64,000 nt of DNA from Marsupella aquatica (Eukaryota; Plantae; Marchantiophyta): the NCBI GenBank assembly GCA_973895155.1, contig OZ316895.1, forward strand, positions 17,092,170 to 17,156,169, given 5' to 3'. Shown here in pieces: positions 39,863 to 50,938 of the stretch; positions within the stretch are counted from its first letter, which is position 1, and the number at the start of each line of letters is the position of its first letter. The notes below the pieces were generated by a model. That model searched no databases and was not told the DNA's origin. It saw only the letters and a program-made list of their open reading frames with translations. The translations under genes and the position numbers were made by a program.

Positions 39863-40511
39863 TTTAGTTATGTATCCAATTTTAAAAAGTAAATTCAAAG
39901 ATTTAAAAAGTATTTTTCAAATAATAAACAATGACTAATAACTAACTTGATAACTTTTTACCTCAATCTTTTTATCTTTTGATTTGCATGTCAATTTTTT
40001 TTACATTCTTTTTTATGGCATGGTGTCCTAGTTTTTACAGCAAAGTTGCCACAAACACGAATGTAGAAGTTAATTTTATCCAAAAACAAGTCTCTTCCTG
40101 TTTGTGGCATGCCATGATGATGTGGCGCGCTGTGGAGCTAGGAATTTTGGAAAGGACCTCTAATGGGGGTCCATAACCAGTGCTGGTTTATTTACGGACC
40201 CCATGAGAGGTCCCTTCCAAAATTCCTGGCACCAGAGTGTGCCACGTCAACAACAACCGCAACAAACATGACTCATCAGTTTTATGAATCAACTTACAGT
40301 TTCATTCATGTTTGCGTCAATTTGAGTGTAAATTTTGGGACGTCATGCCGTAAAAAGAAATGTAAAAATTTAGAAATGCAAAGAGAAAGACAGGTAAAAC
40401 TACCACAATGTAACCGTTTTAGTTATGTATCCAATTTTAAAAAGTAAATTCAAAGATTTAAAAAGTATTTTTCAAATAATAAACAATGACTAATAACTAA
40501 CTTGATAACTT
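39863..40511. mobile_element. Foldback/MITE-like ~445-bp imperfect palindrome flanked by identical 94-bp direct repeats
   Basis: Direct repeats at 39863-39956 and 40418-40511; inverted arms at about 39955-40178 and 40183-40399 (e.g. AGGAATTTTGGAAAGGACCTCT versus AGAGGTCCCTTCCAAAATTCCT). Confidence 0.75.
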
Positions 40512-42174
40512 CTTTGTTAAAGGGTAATTGGCACATGGAGTAAGATTTCCAACCTTTTGCAATTCAGGCAAACTGCCAGCCATGGTTGGAACTTGAATTC
40601 AGTGAATTGATTCAATTCATTTGATCAGACATTGATCTGGTTTCAAATGGACTTGCCACGGATTGACTATTGACTCTCGTAGCTTGAGAATTTGTTTGCA
40701 TGTAGCGAAAAAGCCTGATTTTGACAACTACTTGTGATAACCATGCTGTCAACTTTGGCCTGCAAAGCAAAGTATTCATGTGGCAGTTGAAACAATGTCA
40801 ACTGCTCAAGCATGGCTGAATGGGTCCACAATTGATTTTGTGAGAAAATCTAATATAATATAAACAATACAAGCTGTAAAATCTAACCTATTTGTCCAAC
40901 ACAATATGACTACCAGCTTCTCTTCTTGAACATTTTTTGGGTATGAGAATCAAGCTACCAACCTCCAGTTTCGCTTCTTAATCAGACTTCTCGCTTTTGA
41001 AAGCTTAAGCATTGCCCTTCTCCATTTGGTGAATAGTTGCGTCAAGGTCATGAGGCTATTAACCTCTAATTCAAAACTTGCCAAATTCAGACTTCAGTGA
41101 AATCTCCAGAATTTCCAATAATTTGAAAGTACATAGACAAATCAGGTGACAAATATTCTACAAAGAGGACTCAGCTATAGAAAGCTTAGGGTTCCTTGCT
41201 TAGAAAAGCAGATTTCTCAATTGATCTTGAGAAAGTAGTCTTCTCAACTCAAATTGAATGCCTAGGGCAATTTAGTGGTCAAATATAGTGTCATCCAATG
41301 CCCAAATCAACTAACGTAAACAAAATTGTGCCTTGGGTTTATTCAATAATGTTCTAAAATTAGTGAAAATATCTCATAGATCTTAAGTGTTTTGCTGTGT
41401 GCTAGCAGAGCATTATGGACCCTTGTATATATGGACCATATTAGCCTCTCAAAACGCAAGCTCAAACAAGGCCTAAAAAATGTAGCCAGGGGGTCCACGA
41501 ACTAATTTAGCAGCAGACCCATGTTTGGCACATGTTAGACCATAGAAGCTGTATGTAAACAAGAAAGTGAGTGAGCACTTCACACAAGGCTCAAACACAA
41601 CTTGCATACAAAAATTGTAGCTCTTGAACTAGCAACTTCCAAGCAAATCAACAATACAAAAAGTTCAATGTGATGGGTCCCTCCTTATAGTACTTTGGGC
41701 TTTCCACCAATCCTTTAAAAATAATTTTTGGGAGAAGGTTACTTCCTTATCTGACCGTGTATGCTGAACCGTTAGATGTAACAAATAGCTCGTTCTTACA
41801 GGAGGTAAATATTTGGTGACAGTTGTTGCCAAAAGCTAGGGTTCTATTCTTGTAGTGCTTGCAAGAGAAAATCAAGAGTAAGAATTTGCCAAATATTCCC
41901 CGACATAAATATGCTCTTTCTCCCAATGAGGTACAGTTGACAATCATACAAAATAGTATCTGGGCCGATTGACGGATCTGAACCATGAGTTTACTTCTGT
42001 GGGTAGGAGAACACTACAATATTTCTTTGTCTGTTGCGTGACGAAAATGCGTCACGGTACTTAGAGGACCTTCACACGAGGCCAATCCTTTGACTTGAAA
42101 AAAATGACAAACCCAGGCAACGGAACTTGACCACAGGTTCATCTTCGAAGGGAACAGTTTTTGTCGGATGCGTG

Positions 42175-42700
42175 ATGCAAGACATTACGCTGCGTTACAC
42201 ATCAGTGGACCCTTTACACAGCTGTACATTACGTAAACCAGATATTACCCTGTGTGTGTGTGTGTTGTGTTTTTTTTCTTTTTTTCCTAGATATTACCCT
42301 GTGTTACCCCTCCGTGGACCCTACAACGGTGTACACCATGTTACACACTTTATTATGCTGCGTCACATTCCATTGGACCCTTTACAGCAATATGTAAAAG
42401 ACATTATGCTGCGTTACACCTCAGTGGACCCTTTACAGCGCTGTACACCATGTTACACACTTTATTATGCTGCGTCACATTCCATTGGACCCTTTACAGC
42501 AATATGTAACCAGACGTTACCCTGTGTTACACCTCAGTGGACCCTTTACAATGCTGTACAATATGAGAACCAGACCCTTTACAAATCTGTACGATCTGTA
42601 TTCAAACATTATGCTATGTTACACCCCAGGGGACCCACTACAGTACTGTATAATGTGTAAGACATTCTGTTGCATTACATGTGTGAGGTCCCTTTAGAAC
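42175..42700. repeat. Degenerate minisatellite (~55-60-bp units) upstream of the kinase
   Basis: G(T/C)TACAC...GTGGACCCTTTACA / CATTCCATTGGACCCTTTACA recur about 8 times. Confidence 0.85.
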
Positions 42701-42987
42701 TCTGTGCATATAAGATAATGGGGGTCTTGGCAGGGGGTTACCAGGCTGTAACCTTGTGACCAGAAAATTGAGAAAAATTGACCTGCTGCAATAAGAAAGC
42801 ATTTTTGAGCATTCTCGGAGCAAGGTTCAGACTATAACCCCAGTCCAGATTATTTTTATATTAGGTAAATATGTGTCACAAGGAACCAAGTTATCCATCA
42901 TGAATTTTTGGGCAATACGGGATATAAGAAGGACCTCCAAAAGTGTATACAATTAAGGACAACTGGTGCTCCAATATGAGGTATTTC

Positions 42988-43301
42988 TTTTTACTATATG
43001 TGGTAGACCTGCTGCAGACCATATACCAGACCATATGCAAGAGACAAAATACCTCACATGGGAATAGCAGGTGCCCAAGCTTCACGTTAATTGTGCTTGG
43101 GTGATTTAAACACTGACATATCCACCATACTATATGTGGTAGACGCATTTATTTTTACTATGTGTGGTAGACCTGCGGCAGACCATATACGGATATACCA
43201 GACCATATGCAAGAGACAAAATACCTCACATGGGAATAGCAGGTGCCCTTGGCTTCACGTTAATTGTGCTTGGGTAATTTAAACACTGACATATCCACCA
43301 T
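42988..43301. repeat. Tandem duplication, 2 x ~145 bp
   Basis: TGTGGTAGACCTGC...CCATATGCAAGAGACAAAATACCTCACATGGGAATAGCAGGTGCCC...CACTGACATATCCACCAT occurs twice. Confidence 0.9.
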
Positions 43302-44498
43302 CAATGCATGCATGCGAGATCAAAATGGAACTCTGTGCTGCATGCAAACCGTATTAACTATGATCAAAATCATCAGACATAATCATAGCCAAAGTGCTTG
43401 CCTGATGTACAGAACCAAAATGTGAGAATCACCCTGAAGACCTTAAAAATAAAAATTACACATCGGTACTCTGTATTCCACATTGCGTTTGACATGTAAA
43501 CAAACAACGTCACTGATGTGACAAAAAGTCATGTAGGGCCCATTCCTAGAGTATTTGATGAGCCAACCGGTGAAGCAAAAGTGTCTCCCACCCCTTAATT
43601 TACTCCCCTCTCTACTACGACTCTCCCCCCCCCCCCTCCCTCCCCAGACAGAAACCTCCCTGACTTGTTCCCTTCCTCCTCTCTCTCATCCTCTTTCTCC
43701 TCGTCTTTCTCTCTCCCGAGCTGCCCGACTCTCCTCCTCCGCTCCTCGACCTCCGTCGCGTTCTTTCTTTTCAGCTCGTTCGAGGTCTCCAGCGCTCTCC
43801 ATCGCGTCCCCCTTTCCACGCGCTAGCAAGTTCGCGCATGCCCGACGCCAGCGAGCTTCGTAGACCCCGGTCCCAGTTCGGTACCGGTTTCATCAGAGGT
43901 GTGGACACCCCCGGTTGCGCCCCACTGCTGGAGCTTCACCTTCTCCTCCTTCTTTCGTTTTTGTTGGTGTTCTGTTTCGTGTTGTAGAGCAGCAGCAGCA
44001 GTGCATGTTGACATCACGATGAAGGAAAGGGCCAGTACGCGGCGCCGTTCTTTGCTGCTTCGTAGGAGTTGATTCTCTGCTGGTTGCCTTGAACGATTGC
44101 CTGGCGCAGAAGTGTTGAGAAGAGATCGGTGAGGGAGAGCGATTCTCCGGAAAATTGGTGCAATTGTAGGTGGCAGTAATTTGTAGAGTTCTGACGTGAC
44201 TTCCGAATGGATTGGGAATCGCACTTCTGGCTGTGCGCAATGAGGTCGACGGTGTGGGAGGTTATTTAGGCATCAGGTTGAGAGAGGGGCAGGCACATGT
44301 ATAAATACTCGGACGTCCGGCTCGACCTGTGCAGCATGAAGATTGCTTTAGGAAATATCGGTTGGGAAGAGATTGGCACATCTGGTCTGTTCTACTGATA
44401 CTTGCAGGGAATTTCAGAATCGATTTGGTGTTTCTCTGAAGTTTGGACATGGAAATAGCAGCCGCGTCGTTGAGAGTAAGGCGAATTGGGCTTGCAAG

Positions 44499-46662
44499 AT
44501 GGTGCCCTTCGAGTTCTGGCATAATACCAATGGCGACGTTGAGGAAAACGGAAAAGAGGGTAGTGTTGCCAAGGGAAACATGATGGTGAAGGAAAGCCAG
44601 AGTCCGCCATTGGACTCCTGGCCGGTGGTGCTGAGGCGATCTCTTTCTGGAAGTCATGAGGCCGAATCACCGAAGCCGCCAGTCCTTTCGTACAGGCCAA
44701 AGCCTGTGTTTGGGGTTGACAGTAGCAGGAGTAATTCGTTCTGCACCTCTACTTCAGTCACATCGTCAGCACCGGCTAGTACTCAGAGCGGTCTCTCTTC
44801 CCCTTTGTCGAGCACCTGCGGGAAATCCTACGACTCGTCTCCAACGAGGATGACCTCTTCTAGTTCCTCTAAGAGCTCCGGTCCCCTCGCTGTGGGATGG
44901 GGAGGCGGTAATGACCACAATCCTTCCTTGTCTGAAAATAAGGCAGGACTTCAAAATAAAGCAGGATTCTGCTGTAAGAGTCTTTCATCGAACGGCGCAG
45001 TAATTGGGCAAAAGGATCAGAAGGATCAGGATGGGGAGCGGGTGGCTTCGTGGTCCAAGTATTTCGACTCGTCAGGGGAATCTCATTACGAAACAGCGAA
45101 CAGAAAGCACACGTTGGACTTGTCTCAGTTATTTGTAGGACAAAAATTTGCATGCGGAACGTACAGCCGTCTGTATCGTGGTCAGTATTTTGACCAGGAA
45201 GTGGCAGTCAAACAGGTGCGTATCCCGGAAGACGACGTAGTGGTTGCAAAAATGCTAGAAAGGCAGTACGACCAGGAGGTGCATGCTCTGTCTTCATTGC
45301 ATCACGCTAATATCATACAGGTAAGACCTTGTATTTCTATCCTGTATCTGTCCAGATATCATTTTTTGCTGATGGGCGTCTTACAGGAGACGTAGCATGA
45401 TTTTGCCCCTTAGTATTGCATAGCTGTCCTCATTCTGTAACCCGAAGGTCAGAAATCTTCACGTTATTAGTTTAACATACTCTAGACGCCACAGATCGTT
45501 TGTTACTAGCCGAACTAATCAAGGTACTGTGGCATCACCATCTATGGAAGGTGTCACCTCCAAAAAGTTCCGCTTCAGGCGTTGCTTATGGACATGGAGG
45601 CATTGATAATTTGTCATGGAGTACTATAAGAGGCTGGGAGTCAAAGATGTCTGATCCTGTGATCTTACTTTTGCAGTTTTTTGGATCTGTCAAGAAGCAT
45701 CCTGTGTTTCTCATTGTCACAGAATATCTGCCTCGAGGCTCACTTAGGGCCTTTCTCCAGAAAAATCAACCCAACACTTTGCCCTTGGACATGGTGCTTG
45801 CTTTGGCACTTGACATAGCTCGAGCGATGGAATATATGCATTCCCAAGGTGTAATTCATCTGGATCTTAAATCCCATAATCTAGTACTAGCAGATAACTA
45901 TGCAGTCAAGATCACCGACTTTGGGGTCTCAAGAACCCTGTCTGAATGTGGAAGGATGACATTTGATGCTGGAACTTTACGCTGGATGGCCCCAGAACTC
46001 ATGAAGGACTGTCACACTGTCTCCGTTAAGGCCGATGTTTACAGCTTCGGGATCATACTCTGGGAAATTGTTACAGGACTGACTCCTTACGAAGAGATGA
46101 CCACTGTACAGGCAGCTTTTGCTGTAGTCGACAAGGTATGCACTTCAATTATTACTAAATTATTAAGCTAGATGATGTGGTGACGATAGTGTGGTAAATC
46201 GTGTTGGATGATGCACGGATGCTTGTTCTTATAGATGGCCAGTAACTGCATGAAAATGCATCGAGGTATATAGAAAGAATTTGTGTATTGTGATCTTGGA
46301 AGTCCGTCTTTCCGTCAGAATTTGAAATCTTCATTTTGGCATTTGTGATTAATTGAATAGAACTGTTTAAGGTGGAACACTTCACTAACTGATATTGTAT
46401 TTTGCAGCATGTAAGACCGCAGATCCCCGATAATTGTCCTCGCCCTCTGAAGGAACTCATGGAGGACTGTTGGGCTGAGAATCCTGGAAGGCGACTATGC
46501 GCCTGGCAAATTGTGCAAAGACTGGAGCAATTTCAAGACTGCATGCGTTGCAACAAGACTTTTCAATCTTGGCGTCGTGAGAAGGGCCACTGGATCATGC
46601 CATTTTTACAAAAATTCAAACAAGCTTGCTTTGCTTGCAAGCAGCTAAGACTCAACGAATGA
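44499..46662 (+). CDS. Group-C Raf-like MAPKKK (Raf36/HT1-type Ser/Thr/Tyr kinase), ~511 aa
   Basis: Exons 44499-45320, 45677-46135, 46408-46662 total 1536 nt. Ser-rich N-terminus, WSKYFD, then LDLSQLFVGQKFACGTYSRLYRG, VAVK, HLDLKSHN, DFG, GTLRWMAPE, DVYSFG, QAAFAVVDK-HVRPQIP. Confidence 0.93.
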
Positions 46663-48299
46663 GAGACGTGTTGCTATTCGGCACTAGCGTTATTCCCATC
46701 AGTTTCTGAGCCGGCTTGTATGCAGTCTGTATATCAGTTGCTGTCACCATGGTTGCAGCAGTTTAATTTTTATAGGGAGTTTACTGTTATAGAAAACCTG
46801 GATAATCTGAGAAACTGAAGTGTCGTCTCCTTATCTCATTTGCATAGAGGAAGATCGTCAAATTTAGACACAGGCTTGCATGTTCAAGGATGTGTCGGCC
46901 CTTAAGTGAAGGAGAACCAGGGAGAAACTGCCTCAACTGTGGGAAATGGATGCAATTTTCTTGAGCTAGATAAACAACCACATTAAGTCTAGCATGAACC
47001 TTAATCATGTGAGGTTGATATCAGTATGTGGAGCACCGTTCAGTCGGCTGGGAAATGAATTTGCAAGTTGGGTACCGGTAAATAGATTACCTTTGATTCA
47101 ATGACCTGCAGGGTTTCGGATCTTTACCGGTAGCTCCTGGACTAATCCTGTCAGAAATATAACTTGGCAGCTGTTTAAGGGTATTGTGATTTACTTTGGA
47201 CTCCATATCCCTGACCTGACAGTCGGTTGCGTAGGTTCGCAACTATAAATGTCCCTCTTAGCATAGCATACCTGGCAAGCTTCCATGACCTGATAGTCGG
47301 GTTGCCTAGCTTTGCAATCATATGTGTTTATTTGAACATAGGATAGATACTAGGCAAGATAACTGTAAGGAGCTTTGTTAGGTGGAGTTACAAATTTCCC
47401 AACTGAATCTTCAGAAACGGAAGTACAGCAATTACAAGAAGATCGATATCCCACCCTGGACAGCTTTTCAATCCTCATCCCTTGTTGGTCACAAGGAGCT
47501 TACGGACTCAACACTATTGTAGCTTAGAGCCCGATGGATTTCCTGTTATCAAAGTCCGGGTCTTCTCAGTTTCGAGTAGTTAGAAAATAATTGAGTCACA
47601 CCAATTATCACACCCTTTGAGATTTCCGTGTGTCTATTTGACAGCCACTACATCCTGCATACAAGTTGCGGATGATGTGCGTCACAACCTGGCCATGGCA
47701 ATCGTCTAAGTAAGAGCCCACATAACCTGCATCTGGTTGGCAAGCACACATAGGTACCATCTTTTACATTGCCGGGCTTTTTTGTTTTGTTTTGCCATAA
47801 TCCAATCGCAACAGGCAGACTGGGAAATGCAGATGCACTCCAAAATGTGCAAATGGCTCGCCAATTCCACGTTTTCGTTAAAAAGTACAATAACAGTCTC
47901 CCCGTCACTTCGCGGAATTTCCCCCCGTCTTTGGGACTTTTTCCCGCAAAGGCCCTAACATAGTCTTGACCAGAGCAAAGCCCAAAAAAGAACAGTAAAA
48001 ACAGCATACTAGAGCTCTTCCTGAGAAATTGGCTGCTCTTCGCCACCCTCCCCCCCCACCACCACCAAATTTCAAACTGGGTCATCTAGGCTTTCCAAGC
48101 CCGAAGCCCACCCTTGCTTGCCAGATGTCCCAAATCCGATCCATACGGGTTGAGGGGTGGGTTGCCGCGTGCGAGCAGTCGCCAGGCTAGTAGGGTGGAC
48201 ATCGAGTTTTGGAGGGTAGTCAGGCCTGCAAGGCCTTGATGACCCCCTCGATGACCCAGTTCGCAATGTGGGAGAGCACTTAGGCCCAGTAACAAGAGC

Positions 48300-48522
48300 A
48301 AGTAGGGCCCGACCATGTGGCATCGGACCATCCAACCTTGGCTAATTAACCTCGACCATGTCGCATTGGACCAATGAGATCCAATCTTGCGTTACCTCCT
48401 AAGATAACCAAACAGTAACAATAATGCGGGCAAGTAGGGTCGGACCATGTGGTATTGGACCAATGAGATCCAACCTTGGCTAACCTTGACCATGTGGCAT
48501 TGGACCGGATCCAAACCTTGGG
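48300..48522. repeat. Compound tandem repeat
   Basis: GACCATGTGGCATTGGACC / ATCCAACCTTGG motifs repeated about 4 times in two blocks. Confidence 0.8.
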
Positions 48523-49663
48523 TTATCTCCTAAGGAAGTATTCAATGTTACGAGCAAACAGGAGATTTTGATAGTGAGGAGATTTTGATAGGGAGACAAT
48601 AATGGTTCCAAATTTCAGTTACTTTTTGATGCCTTTTACATTTTTTGTGTTTTTTTAAAGGCTACAGATGGCTCGAGCTCGCTAGCAAAAAGGGAATCTC
48701 CAAAAGGGATATTACCAACCAAGTAGTTGATAGCAAGGCAGTTGCATATAGAAAAATAGGGGTCATGCAGGAATTTTTTTTGCTTGTGCGAGTAAAATTT
48801 TTACTGTTTGCTCACACGCTACAATTACCCCCTCCTAAGGTTGGGTGTTTGCTCACACGCTACAATTACCCCCTCCTAAGGTTGGCATCACCGTGTATGC
48901 AAAATGGGGGTGCACTTGACAATTAACTTAGTTCAGGGGGATCAGTTTGGGGTACAGATCTACTGATATTTATGAGTATGAACTTCGGATCCAAGGGACA
49001 CTCTTAAATTGAGGCTGTCAACAATGTCAGACCTCAAGGTCATTTTCTAGGATAGAAATGTGCACCCTTAAAACCGTATCAAATATATGCTCTCAAAATG
49101 TCATTTCTTAAAAAGAGGAAAACAGAAAAGATTGTCAAGTCTCAAGTTTATTTTCTCCTTTCGAAATGTGAATATCATGGATCTTGCTTACTATTAAATT
49201 ACCTCTTTCAGTGGTCATCATTTCACTGATGTTTTTCCTCTAACCAGTGTGGCGAATGTCAGCTTGTGTGAAGGAGAAGATAGAAAAAGGAGAAACAAGT
49301 CATGAGACAAAGCATAGGATCAAGAGTAGCCCAGGGGACTGTCAATTAATCCATGTACCACCTTTCGTTCACATTAACTTGAGAAACGTTTCCTGTAAAC
49401 TGATTGGTGCTCTCTCCTCTCTCATATACTGTAGTCTAAACTTAGTGTTTTTGCCATGTACACTTACTCAAATCCGCCTGGAAAAACCTTCGAGACTCTA
49501 AGCTCATAAATTGGGAAAGAATGAGGCAATGAAGATAACTTCAGTATCAGAAGCCGCGAAGTCTTTCATGTCTCCAGCTCAAAGCGTGTCTGTGTTGGTG
49601 CGCTAAATCCGGGTGAAAAATCCCTTGTGGCAGTTAGACGATCAGGTTGCATGAATTATCATA

Positions 49664-50938
49664 TCAGGCAGCAATGGCAGTGATCTGTTTCTCCTGAAGG
49701 TGCTTTGCCCAGGCTTGAGCCCTGGCAGTAGCTTCTCTCCATCGTTTTCTTCTCGCAGCATCTCTCTTAATCAACGCGGCTTTGGTCTCTTCCTTGCGTT
49801 GGTGTGCTTGTGCCTATCCCCAACAGCAGTGAATGCGTTGATTATATAATTTCACCAAACGAACGCATTCCAACAGAATAAAATTCACTACAAATTGAGC
49901 GACATGGGCAAACATCACCCAAGCAAGAGTCACCATGGCATCATAAACCCTTAGAAACACAATGATGAGTCATTGCCACTCGGAACGCTGTCCACCAAGG
50001 ACTTCAGTTGAGTGCAAAACTCTACACAGATTGGATGCTGCAGCACTAACCTTGGCAAACGCGTGCCGCTGCGCCATGCGTTTATTATGTTTCCGTTTCT
50101 TCACACTGCCAGCGTTGGGGGAATACGGGGGGCATGGAGCTCCAGGCTCAGCTTGGATAAATGCATGAGGAACTGCAACCACAGATTCTAATTATGTCAA
50201 ATTTGACTACAATAGGTCCTTAAATACACTCCAGAACAGACAATCAGATCAACCCTCCGATTCGATCTGTAGAACTCGATCTGTAGAACACCAGAAATAC
50301 AACTCTTGATGAGAGGCATTTAAGAGAATGACATCCGCGATGCAAATCTGACAAATAGGCAACTTGCCACCCTAGAGGAACATTGACCTAGAAATTTCAA
50401 TGCCGTTGTGCAGCAACAATATTACCTTCTCAACAACAGCTAATCTGCTATTTGCAAAATCTCACACACTTCCCTGAAGCATAAGAGAGGTTTCCTCGCT
50501 CCGACTTTCTTTGGAACAAACAGAGTGAGCAGAAATCATCCTAAACACCTCAGGAAGCAAAGACCTAAAAGGAGCAGGAGGACAACAAGAGACGGGAGCA
50601 TTGCATTCATACCTACCGCCTTGCCACTTCTTAGGTCTTTTGGAATATGTCCGAACGCAGATTGACGGGAGAGACGCCACTTCTTCCGGTGCTGCAGAAT
50701 TCCGGACGATACGGCTCATGCCGCATGGTGAGGTGCAGGGCTTGGTTGAGCCCCGCCAGGACCTCGCAGGGACAGTGGAAAACGGGCGAATCACTGGAGG
50801 AGAAAGCGATGCGGGCGAAACGAGGTGGAGGTGGCTGGATCGATGAAGAGATGTAGAAGGCGCAATATGAGAAGCGCAGGCAGCCGTTATTCGACGAAGT
50901 ATGTTCACGGTCGCTCGAGAGCTCCTCGCCACCGCCAT
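49664..50938 (-). CDS. Uncharacterised small basic protein with a mitochondrial-type presequence, ~202 aa
   Basis: Exons 50938-50617, 50187-50051 (an in-frame alternative acceptor lies near 50172) and 49813-49664 give an open frame. The N-terminus is R/S/A-rich with no acidic residues in about the first 80 aa, followed by PNAGSVKKRKHNKRMAQRHAF and a basic helix ending ARAQAWAKHLQEKQITAIAA. Confidence 0.8.

Noticed and set aside
42127-42697. 177-aa repetitive ORF (and the similar ORFs at 53171-53534 and 30403-30755)
   Set aside because: By-products of non-coding tandem repeats, mostly with non-ATG starts and no coding signature.
43555-44240. Pro/Ser-rich and Glu/Arg-rich ORFs
   Set aside because: They arise from the CT-rich TSS/leader region of the kinase gene.
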